DNA from: an uncultured virus (IMG/VR IMGVR_UViG_3300029267_002506)
Taxonomy: Duplodnaviria; Heunggongvirae; Uroviricota; Caudoviricetes
Direction: 5' to 3' (one strand)
DNA: 61,019 bases
Virus record (IMG/VR): IMGVR_UViG_3300029267_002506
Span: 1-61,019 of that record
A program made the translations under genes and the position numbers. Below are positions 1 to 7,623 of the stretch, in pieces (the stretch's first letter is position 1; each line of letters opens with the position of its first letter). The notes under the pieces are model-generated. The model was not told the origin of the DNA and did not search any database. It saw only the letters and a list, made by a program, of their open reading frames with translations.

Positions 1-756
1 ACTAATCCCAATTATGTGAGGGGAAGTCTTCCAAAAGATATTGAAGAAATCATGGACAGGGTGATAGGACGTTCTTCAAAAGTCGTTTCGAAACCTCCTC
101 CTGTCCCTAAACCAACTCCTAAACCAACCCCCGAGCCTAAGCCCGTTCCCACTTCTGTAGCAAGCGACCTAAACAAGACATATAGCGTGGGAAGTAAGAA
201 GTTTGCCCATGCTGAGCTGACAACCGATAATATTGCCGGGTTGCTAGAATATCAGAATGGAGTATACAGTTCAGATGTAGGCGGGTTCTCTACAATACAA
301 AAATTCCTTCGTGAAGGATCTTTTCCTGATTGGTTGAAGGAGAAGATGGGTGTCTCTTCAGGGAAGCTTCGCAATTATGTATTGAAGATAGATGATGCTC
401 TTTCTAAGTCTAAGGTCTCCCAGGACATGACGGTGTATCGAGGGGTTAGGGACTCAGCACAGGTGTTTAAGATCAAGACAAAAGCAGATTTGAAAGTCGG
501 ACTAGAGTTTGTTGACGAGGGGTACACATCCACGTCAGTTGATTCTAAGATAGCGAAGAAGTTTGCCAATAAATTAAACCCTTGGGAAGATCCTAAGACT
601 CTTCATATCCACTTGAAGGAAGGTCAAGAAGCTTTACCGATGGATATGGTTTCAAAGATTGGGGAGAAGGAAGTTGTTTTGCCTCGGGGCTTGAAGTACC
701 GCGTCACAAAGGTTAGCGGCAATAACGTCCATCTTGAGATTATAGGTAAGGGATAA
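1..756 (+). CDS. ADP-ribosyltransferase (VIP2/C3-like, R-S-E clade) domain; probably the C-terminus of a MuF/SPP1 gp7-like minor head protein; 5'-truncated
   Basis: Frame is open from base 1. Motifs VYRG, YTSTS and EKEVVLPRG follow a Pro-rich linker (PKPTPKPTPEPKP). It sits between portal (window end) and head protease, the usual MuF position. Confidence 0.8.
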   Translation, partial: TNPNYVRGSLPKDIEEIMDRVIGRSSKVVSKPPPVPKPTPKPTPEPKPVPTSVASDLNKTYSVGSKKFAHAELTTDNIAGLLEYQNGVYSSDVGGFSTIQKFLREGSFPDWLKEKMGVSSGKLRNYVLKIDDALSKSKVSQDMTVYRGVRDSAQVFKIKTKADLKVGLEFVDEGYTSTSVDSKIAKKFANKLNPWEDPKTLHIHLKEGQEALPMDMVSKIGEKEVVLPRGLKYRVTKVSGNNVHLEIIGKG

Positions 757-976
757 ATGGATAGGAGTACAGACATGATGGATGAACCAAGGTGTTACAC
801 CAGAAAATGTGTTCATTTCATTGGGGTGAGTCAACCCGATGGGACAGAAATGACGGAAAGGGTTATCTGCAGAGCCTTCCCTGAAGGGATACCAGATGAG
901 ATAGCATATGGAGACAACCTTCATCTTGGAGCCAGTAGAAGGTGATGGAGGAATCACATTTGAAGGGCCAGAATAG
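757..976 (+). pseudogene. Small Cys-containing protein (CxAFPxGIP type), candidate toxin partner/immunity protein, with an apparent 1-nt frameshift at about 928
   Basis: ORF 757-945 reads CRAFPEGIPDEIAYGDNLH. Removing one G from CTTGGAG continues it as LEPVEGDGGITFEGPE* (stop 974-976), the tail I recall for this family. Confidence 0.55.
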
Positions 977-1085
977 TAGCAGTGTATGAGGACTCTTTAC
1001 TTTCTTTTTATATCGTGTTACTTTAACAGCAGGAAAGGAATGTGTAGTGATTTGTGGCATAGGTCCAAGGAGGACTAAGTAAACC

Positions 1086-2537
1086 ATGAAGAATAGACGG
1101 GGTCCTACAAAGTACCAGACGCTGATCACCAATCTGTCTGCGGGGGTGAGGACGGAAACTTTGGAGGGACGGGAATATCTGGTGGTCCCGATGGTGATGA
1201 TGGTGGAGGGGGTGTTGGATGGGTCTGATGGACCTTTGCACTATCCATCAGAGAGCATTTCTACAATGCCGTTCGCATGGAACCACAAGCCTATTGTGGT
1301 TTGCCATCCCAGCATTAACGGAAAGCCCATTTCAGCATGTTCCAAGGAAGCCATCGACAAGTTCAAGGTCGGTGTCATCCTTAACACCACTTGGGACCAT
1401 CCTAAACTGAAGGCAGAGGCGTGGTTGGAGCCTGCACGACTGGCCACGGTGGATCGGCGTGTTCTGGATGCTGTGCGAAGAGGGGAAATGGTGGATGTAA
1501 GTACAGGGGTATTTCTTGAGGCGGATGATTCACAGGGAACATTCAACGGCAAAGGGTATAACGGGATTGTTTCAAGGGTATATCCTGACCACTTAGCTAT
1601 TCTGCCTGACCAAGAGGGCGCTTGCTCCATTGCCGATGGTTGTGGTTTGGTGAGAAATGAATTGAGTTATGATGTGGTGCGAGATTCATTATATGCTGCA
1701 TTAGGCCAGGGGACGGAACCGGACGACACGTTCATCGTGGAGGTCTTTGATTCCTATTTTGTGTTCGAGCAAGGCGGCAACTTGTATTACCAGCGTTATG
1801 TGAAGACAGAGGAAGATGGAGTGAAGTTAGAGGGAATTAAACAACCTGTTACACGCAGGACCCAATACGAACTGTCAGATGGAACTTTGATTGGGAATAA
1901 TGGGAGGATTGAAGACAACAATGAAACGGTCTCAAAGAAAGGAGACACAATGGAGAAGAAAGAAGTGGTGGATGCTCTTATCGCTAATGGGCGATGGACA
2001 GAGGAGGACAGAGAGTGGCTGATGGGTCTGGAGGAATGTCAGCTATCTAAGATGGCTCCTGTGGAGAATGAGGCGGGAGAGGACGAGGAGGATGAGCCCA
2101 AGCCCAAGGCCAAGATTGCAGATAATGAAGGGGAAGGGAATGACGAGGAAGATGAGGAGGATGAGTCTAAGCCCAAGCCCAAGGCCAAGGTGGAAGACAC
2201 TCCGTCTGATCCTCCTGCTACTAACGCCAGGGACTTCTTGGCTAATGCTCCTCCTGAGATCAAAGAAGTGCTGAATGATGCTCTTCAAACCCAGGCAGAG
2301 CAGAGGGCCAAGTTGATTGAGACGATTGTGGCCAATAAGCACAATACGTTCACCAAGGATCAGTTGGCTGCTATGCGGACGTCTGAACTGCGGTCTGTAT
2401 CTGCATTGGCAGAGGCGGCTGAAGTGATGACAAAAGCCACTGGTGCCCCTAGTTATGTGGGCATGGGGAATGTGGTGAATGTGGGAGGAGAGAAAGAGGA
2501 ACCCCTGGGACTTCCTGTGTACAATTGGAAGGAATGA
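1086..2537 (+). CDS. Prohead protease (DUF2213-like) fused to scaffolding domain
   Basis: Motifs WNHKPIVVCHP, DVSTG and PDHLAILPDQEGACS; acidic/helical C-terminal half; lies upstream of decoration and capsid genes. Confidence 0.8.
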   Translation: MKNRRGPTKYQTLITNLSAGVRTETLEGREYLVVPMVMMVEGVLDGSDGPLHYPSESISTMPFAWNHKPIVVCHPSINGKPISACSKEAIDKFKVGVILNTTWDHPKLKAEAWLEPARLATVDRRVLDAVRRGEMVDVSTGVFLEADDSQGTFNGKGYNGIVSRVYPDHLAILPDQEGACSIADGCGLVRNELSYDVVRDSLYAALGQGTEPDDTFIVEVFDSYFVFEQGGNLYYQRYVKTEEDGVKLEGIKQPVTRRTQYELSDGTLIGNNGRIEDNNETVSKKGDTMEKKEVVDALIANGRWTEEDREWLMGLEECQLSKMAPVENEAGEDEEDEPKPKAKIADNEGEGNDEEDEEDESKPKPKAKVEDTPSDPPATNARDFLANAPPEIKEVLNDALQTQAEQRAKLIETIVANKHNTFTKDQLAAMRTSELRSVSALAEAAEVMTKATGAPSYVGMGNVVNVGGEKEEPLGLPVYNWKE

Positions 2538-2607
2538 CCCTCTAGTTCCAATGGACTGGGGTGTTTGATGATGAATTACATGGACAGAAAGGACAAAGGA
2601 GAACATT

Positions 2608-3042
2608 ATGGGTGCTAACACGATTTTGCTTGCTGGTGATTATCGAAAGATCCAGAGCCTGTCGTTGGCCGCTGGGCAGACTCCCAAACCTGGCATGCTG
2701 GTTATGCTTGACTCTGCAGGGGCGTTGACTGTTCACGCCACTCAAGGAGGATACGCTGAGAAGATGATCCTGCTTGAGGATGCGTTGCAGGGGAAAACTA
2801 CAGCAGACGCCTATACGGCTTCTACCGTCGCAGATGCAGCCATTGCGCTGCCTGGGTGTGAAGCACAGGTGTTGATTAAGGCCACCTCCAATATTGCCAT
2901 TGGGGATAAACTGACTTCTGCTGGGGATGGCAAGTTTGAAGAGGCAGGACAAGGGGATGTGGTGCTGGCTGTAGCTACTGCGGCATGCGACCTGAGCGGG
3001 TCTGGCGCAGTGGATACTCTGTGTAACGCTAGGTTTATCTAA
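2608..3042 (+). CDS. Head decoration/cement protein
   Basis: 144 aa, Ala/Gly-rich beta-type sequence (IAIGDKLTSAGDGKF) between scaffold and capsid genes; AAGGAG RBS. Confidence 0.7.
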   Translation: MGANTILLAGDYRKIQSLSLAAGQTPKPGMLVMLDSAGALTVHATQGGYAEKMILLEDALQGKTTADAYTASTVADAAIALPGCEAQVLIKATSNIAIGDKLTSAGDGKFEEAGQGDVVLAVATAACDLSGSGAVDTLCNARFI

Positions 3043-3102
3043 GGCGTCAGAGAGGAAGGGAATTGAGGACACGGAAATAAATGCTCACGAAAGGAGAAGT
3101 AA

Positions 3103-4158
3103 ATGGAAACTGATTTTATCCTGAACGGGGTGGCTCATGGTGGGATTGCGCAGATGCTGCTAAATAGTGGCTTCAATCTGAATTCCTTGCGTCCTTGGAT
3201 TGGACGGGATGGGAACCACTATATCACATCCAATCAGGGCGGTAAGCTGGAGCCCAGACGTGTTCAGAATGCTAATGCCACTCTGACTAAGGATGAGTGG
3301 AAGCAACTGGATGCTGCGGTCAGGAAGGCAGGCAAACCCAGGCTAACGGCAGTGGCAGACCTGCGAGCCAGGGGTTTGGAGTATGTGATCCCTAATGGGA
3401 TGGGAAAGACGGTGCTGGAAACTCAGGCGCAGTCGGACATTTCTGATGCTCAGATCACGATGGATGGGCTAGAGGATGGACAGAGGGACAGGCCTTTGTA
3501 CGATCTCACCTCCATGCCCCTGCCGATTATCCACAAGGATTTCTTTTTCTCTGCTCGACAGCTCCAAAGCAGCAGGAATGGGAATTCTCCTCTGGATACG
3601 TCGATGGCATCGTTGGCTGGTCAGAAGGTAGCTGAGACCGCAGAGAAGCTGCTGATTGGGTCTACCGCATATGGAACGTTCGGCGGAGGCACGTTGTACG
3701 GCTACACCACGTTTCCCTACAAAATCTCTGCTGAGATTACTTCTCCTGCTGCGGATGGCTGGTCTGCTGCTACGACAGTTTCGGATGTGCTGGGAATGAT
3801 GCAAAGTTCCATCGAGGCGTACCATTACGGCCCTTGGGTGTTGTACTACGGTCCCTCGTGGTCGAAGTACATGAATGATGAGTACAAAGCCCAGTCCCCA
3901 GACACTCTGGCGGATAGGCTGCGTAGGATTGACAAGATGGATGACGTGAAGATGCTGGATCATTTGAGCGGATATACTCTGCTGTTGGTCCAGATGACGG
4001 AGGATGTAATCCGAGAGGTCGTGGGCATGGAAATGACCACCGTTCAGTGGGAAAGCCACGGCGGAATGAAGATCAATTTCAAGGTCATGGCCATCTTGTG
4101 TCCGCAGCCCAGGGCAGACTTCAACGGCAACACGGGCATCGTTGAAGGTTCGGTCTAA
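3103..4158 (+). CDS. Major capsid protein (HK97 fold, linocin/encapsulin-like type)
   Basis: 351 aa; TLTKDEWKQLDAAV, PLPIIHKDFFFSARQL and PLDTS segments; position; AAGGAG RBS; followed by a hairpin. Confidence 0.85.
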   Translation: METDFILNGVAHGGIAQMLLNSGFNLNSLRPWIGRDGNHYITSNQGGKLEPRRVQNANATLTKDEWKQLDAAVRKAGKPRLTAVADLRARGLEYVIPNGMGKTVLETQAQSDISDAQITMDGLEDGQRDRPLYDLTSMPLPIIHKDFFFSARQLQSSRNGNSPLDTSMASLAGQKVAETAEKLLIGSTAYGTFGGGTLYGYTTFPYKISAEITSPAADGWSAATTVSDVLGMMQSSIEAYHYGPWVLYYGPSWSKYMNDEYKAQSPDTLADRLRRIDKMDDVKMLDHLSGYTLLLVQMTEDVIREVVGMEMTTVQWESHGGMKINFKVMAILCPQPRADFNGNTGIVEGSV

Positions 4159-4178
4159 GCGTGAGGAGGAAGGATGTT

Positions 4179-4218
4179 ATGAGGCAGGGAAGTAGCACAG
4201 GTGAACCCCTGCCTCATA
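4179..4218 (+). terminator. Hairpin after capsid gene, possible terminator or processing site
   Basis: ATGAGGCAGGG...CCCTGCCTCAT 11-bp inverted repeat; only a weak U-tract follows. Confidence 0.45.
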
Positions 4219-4254
4219 TATCTCTTGATCACACAGTATGGAAAGGAAGTCAAA

Positions 4255-4659
4255 ATGAAATACAAGCTGTTAGTGGGGAGTCATTGGCACCAGAATCAAC
4301 TCCATGCGGCAGGGGCTATTATCGAGACTGACGGCCATTTGGATGAGATATTCCCTGGACGGTTCGAGAAGGTGACAGAGGCAGCCAAAGAGACGGCTCC
4401 TGCGCCTGAAGAAACTCCGCTTCAATCTGTTGATGAAGTAGAAAAGGGAAAACCTAAAGGGAAGAAATTGAAACGGACCAAGATTGTTATGTGTGATGAT
4501 CTGTTTGATTTCAGCCCAGAGGAAACTGGCCTGCACGTATTTCGGAAAGGTTCTAGGTACTACGTCTACGATGAGGAAGATTATGACACGGTCTTGAATG
4601 AGAAGGGGTTGTTGAAGAAAGACGTGTTACCTTTCGTCAAGAGTCAATGTGAGGAGTAA
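4255..4659 (+). CDS. Hypothetical protein in head module
   Basis: ATG at 4255 after AAGGAAG; directly follows the capsid gene. Confidence 0.6.
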   Translation: MKYKLLVGSHWHQNQLHAAGAIIETDGHLDEIFPGRFEKVTEAAKETAPAPEETPLQSVDEVEKGKPKGKKLKRTKIVMCDDLFDFSPEETGLHVFRKGSRYYVYDEEDYDTVLNEKGLLKKDVLPFVKSQCEE

Positions 4660-4663
4660 GCTG

Positions 4664-5290
4664 ATGAAATGGCCTCTTCAACCTATCTGGCAGGGTAAGG
4701 ATGTATTTATCTTAGGTGGTGGGCCTAGTGTTAAGACATTCCCAGTGGAAAGGCGGCTGAAGAGGCAGAGGGTGGTAGGATGTAATGACGCGTATCTGTT
4801 TGGGGATGGGATTGTAGATGTCTTAGTGTTTGGAGACAGGACTTGGTATGACCACCATAAAGACAAGCCCAAGTTCCAATCCTTCCGCAATCCGAAGATC
4901 ACAAACCACAAGGATTTGGAAGGTGATCCTGCCGTCATTTGGGCTCCTCGAGAACAAGAGGGGTTCCATCGACATGCGCTAGGCTGGAACGGGAACACAG
5001 GTTCGTCCGCCATCAATGTAGCACTGTTACTGGGCGCTGGTCGTGTCCTCCTTGTAGGCTTCGATATGGCCCTGGGTGAGGGCGGCAAGTCTAACTGGCA
5101 CCACAACCCATTGAATACACCAGAAAATAAGCATTATGCCCGATACATGGACGCGATAAGTAGGACGATGTCCATGATATTGGACAAATGGCCTGGCGTT
5201 GAAATCATCAATCTGAATCCAAATTCTGCTATGGACCTGTTCCCTAGGAAGTCCTGGGAGGACGTGTTCCAAGGAAAGGAAAGCAAATGA
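4664..5290 (+). CDS. DUF115/Maf/MptE-like (GT42-like Rossmann) transferase
   Basis: Motifs VFILGGGPS, VGCNDA, NTGSSAINVALLLGA, LLVGFDM and IINLN. Confidence 0.65.
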   Translation: MKWPLQPIWQGKDVFILGGGPSVKTFPVERRLKRQRVVGCNDAYLFGDGIVDVLVFGDRTWYDHHKDKPKFQSFRNPKITNHKDLEGDPAVIWAPREQEGFHRHALGWNGNTGSSAINVALLLGAGRVLLVGFDMALGEGGKSNWHHNPLNTPENKHYARYMDAISRTMSMILDKWPGVEIINLNPNSAMDLFPRKSWEDVFQGKESK

Positions 5291-5664
5291 CTGGAGCAGA
5301 GATTATTGTGGCGAGGGAAATAATTGAAGCTGTGTTGCCTCCTTTGGTGGATGGGATTGTATGGGTTGCTGCGCACTGCCATTATGAGAGTGCGGAAAGT
5401 GCCATCAAACGGTTGGCCACCGATGCGAAAGAAGATAGTGACTGGTTGTGTGCGAATTTGGTGGAACGGGTGGAGTGCGACACCAAGAAGAAGGGGTGGA
5501 AGAGACAGATCAATATGGGGACGGCTGCCAGGGCTGGCTCCCCTGCCTTAGTGAAGGCGTGGCTAGAGGTGCTAATGCCAAAGGACAAGGTGTTGCTGAT
5601 CGAGTTAGAACAGATACAAGAGGAAGAAAAACCAAAGAACAAAGACAGGGACAAGCAATCATGA
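5287..5664 (+). CDS. Hypothetical protein
   Basis: ATGA overlap with the upstream gene; RBS present. Confidence 0.55.
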   Translation: MTGAEIIVAREIIEAVLPPLVDGIVWVAAHCHYESAESAIKRLATDAKEDSDWLCANLVERVECDTKKKGWKRQINMGTAARAGSPALVKAWLEVLMPKDKVLLIELEQIQEEEKPKNKDRDKQS

Positions 5665-5672
5665 TCAAATCC

Positions 5673-5763
5673 GCACAGGGCCCTCTTCTTCCAGCGCTTT
5701 CCCTCACAGTTAGCTGGACTCTGTGCTCCTTCGGTGGTTTGCTAAAGGAAGAGGGCCCTGTGC
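5673..5763 (+). other. Intergenic structured element with a perfect 16-bp closing stem
   Basis: GCACAGGGCCCTCTTC (5673-5688) is the exact reverse complement of GAAGAGGGCCCTGTGC (5748-5763); internal CACAG/CTGTG stem. Confidence 0.6.
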
Positions 5764-5776
5764 TTCTTAGGAGGGT

Positions 5777-6181
5777 ATGGTAGTAATGGCCAGGACAACC
5801 GCGGCAGAGATCAGAAAGATTTTGGAAGTGGACTCCTCCATCACAGATCTGGATCCATTTATCAATGCTGCGAATGCTATGGTCACGGAGCACTGTCCTG
5901 ATATAGAAGCGCTTCCAGCAGCTACGGTAGAGACATGGCTTGCCGCGCATTTGATCTGTATTCGGGACCCAAGGCCAGCTAGTGAAGCAGTAACAGGAGC
6001 AGCAGGAGTAAGTGTGTCGCATCAATACAAGTTGGATCTTGGGTTAGCATGCACAACGTACGGACAGATGGCGATGAGCCTTGATCCGACGGGAGGGTTG
6101 GCACGATGGAATAAGCGTGTGGTGAACGGCAAGGCAGGAGCAACTGTAGGGGTGACTTGGATTGGAGAAGAATCAACATGA
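5777..6181 (+). CDS. Head-tail adaptor/connector protein
   Basis: ETWLAAHL and TTYGQMAMSLD motifs typical of adaptors; AGGAGG RBS; position. Confidence 0.7.
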   Translation: MVVMARTTAAEIRKILEVDSSITDLDPFINAANAMVTEHCPDIEALPAATVETWLAAHLICIRDPRPASEAVTGAAGVSVSHQYKLDLGLACTTYGQMAMSLDPTGGLARWNKRVVNGKAGATVGVTWIGEEST

Positions 6182-6429
6182 GGGAAGCTGTGGAATTGTT
6201 GTATTCCTACGGACCTTGCACTGTAATTGCAGCGCTGGCGCTGGCGATTGTGTATCTCTATTGCGATTTCAAGTCCATCGTGGCGAAGAAGGACAAAACT
6301 ATTGAAGAGATGGGGGCTACTCATCATAATGAAATAGTGGCGGTGGTGAGGGAATGTACGGCGGTTTTGGTGACGGTGACTAAAGCGTTGGAGCGTGTTG
6401 AAGAAGTGCTGAACAGGAGAAATGAATGA
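6178..6429 (+). CDS. Small membrane protein, holin-like
   Basis: One hydrophobic helix (VIAALALAIVYLY) followed by a charged coiled region. Confidence 0.5.
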   Translation: MREAVELLYSYGPCTVIAALALAIVYLYCDFKSIVAKKDKTIEEMGATHHNEIVAVVRECTAVLVTVTKALERVEEVLNRRNE

Positions 6430-6845
6430 ACCAGGATATTGTTGAATTCTTGGCGGAGGGACGGAAGTTGCGGGCATCCCAGAGGAGGGGCATGGTGCTA
6501 TTGGTGGAGCAAGACCCTTGGATGCGGGGCGTGGTGGAGGACTGGCTGTTGCAGAAGCAATGTCCACTCATATCATGTGCTAGTATAGAAGAGGCAGAAG
6601 CATTTCTTTTCCAGGAACCGCAGTTCATCATACTAGGAGTATCGACAAGGATATATTGCAGAGTGTTGCAGTTTCTAAAACGGGTGGATGAACAGTACCC
6701 ATCCACCATTTCTGTTGTAGTGTCGGATTGTCAGGAATGCTTGTTAGACCTACGCGAAAGGCTGCCACGAGTGACTATTGTGTTGAAGGGAGAGGGGCTG
6801 GAGGACACGATCAAGAATATCCTCCCTCAAGGGAGGTTGTCGTGA
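6426..6845 (+). CDS. Degenerate response-regulator receiver (CheY-like) domain protein
   Basis: Pattern VLLVEQD / CASIEEA / FIILG / SVVVS / IVLK fits the receiver fold; Gly replaces the phospho-acceptor Asp. Confidence 0.55.
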   Translation: MNQDIVEFLAEGRKLRASQRRGMVLLVEQDPWMRGVVEDWLLQKQCPLISCASIEEAEAFLFQEPQFIILGVSTRIYCRVLQFLKRVDEQYPSTISVVVSDCQECLLDLRERLPRVTIVLKGEGLEDTIKNILPQGRLS

Positions 6846-7186
6846 GCATCATTACCAAAGTGCTGAAAGGGACTTGCGTTTATTGGGCTCCAGGGGAGTA
6901 CGATGAATTTGGCCAAGCCACATATGCAGATCCAGTGGAGTTGGATTGTCGGTGGGCCTCTGTAACGGAGGAGGTGCAAAAAGATGATGGGACGAAAGTT
7001 CTATCAAAAGCAAGCGTAATGGTAAGTCAAGATGTGCAGGTCCAAGGCGTGTTAATGGAGGGCAGTCTGTCTGATATTGTGCATAGTGATGACCCATTGC
7101 GGAATGATAATGCTTATGAGATCATCCAATTTGCCAAGATCCCCAACCTAAGGCAAACGGAATATGTAAGGGTGGCGATGCTATGA
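6842..7186 (+). CDS. Head closure/stopper protein
   Basis: GTG start; CVYWAPGEYDEFGQATY..PVELDCRW pattern; position. Confidence 0.65.
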   Translation: MSIITKVLKGTCVYWAPGEYDEFGQATYADPVELDCRWASVTEEVQKDDGTKVLSKASVMVSQDVQVQGVLMEGSLSDIVHSDDPLRNDNAYEIIQFAKIPNLRQTEYVRVAML

Positions 7187-7623
7187 GGATGGTTCATGTG
7201 ACAGGAGTGGAAGGCACTATAGCCAAGCTGCGAAAGGCGTACCCATTCGCAGGCAAGGGTTGTGAAGTAGGGTTGAAGAGGGCCGGACTCCTGGTACAGA
7301 GAGAAAGCATGAAGGAAGTCCCAGTGGATACAGGCAATCTGCGTGGGTCTAGTTTCTGTAGGAACGTGGGAGGGGCTGGGTTTAGTGCAGATGTAGGAGT
7401 AGGGTACACTGCGTCGTATGCGGTGTTTGTTCATGAGAACATGGATGCCGCACATGGCGAAGCGTTCAATAAGAAGTATGCAGAAGAGATAGCTAGAGAG
7501 ACAATGAACAATCGGGGGCCAAAGCAGAAAGCCAAGTTTCTTGAGGATCCAGTCAAACGGCTCAGACGGCACGTGTTGTTGATTGTAGCCAGTGCCATTA
7601 GGGAGTATATCAAGAAGATATGA
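7183..7623 (+). CDS. HK97 gp10-like tail completion protein
   Basis: Motifs VPVDTGNLRGS, YAVFVHE and AKFLE. Confidence 0.8.
   Translation: MRMVHVTGVEGTIAKLRKAYPFAGKGCEVGLKRAGLLVQRESMKEVPVDTGNLRGSSFCRNVGGAGFSADVGVGYTASYAVFVHENMDAAHGEAFNKKYAEEIARETMNNRGPKQKAKFLEDPVKRLRRHVLLIVASAIREYIKKI

Noticed and set aside
3103-4158. Encapsulin/bacteriocin
   Set aside because: Context of protease, decoration and neck genes shows it is the phage capsid protein.
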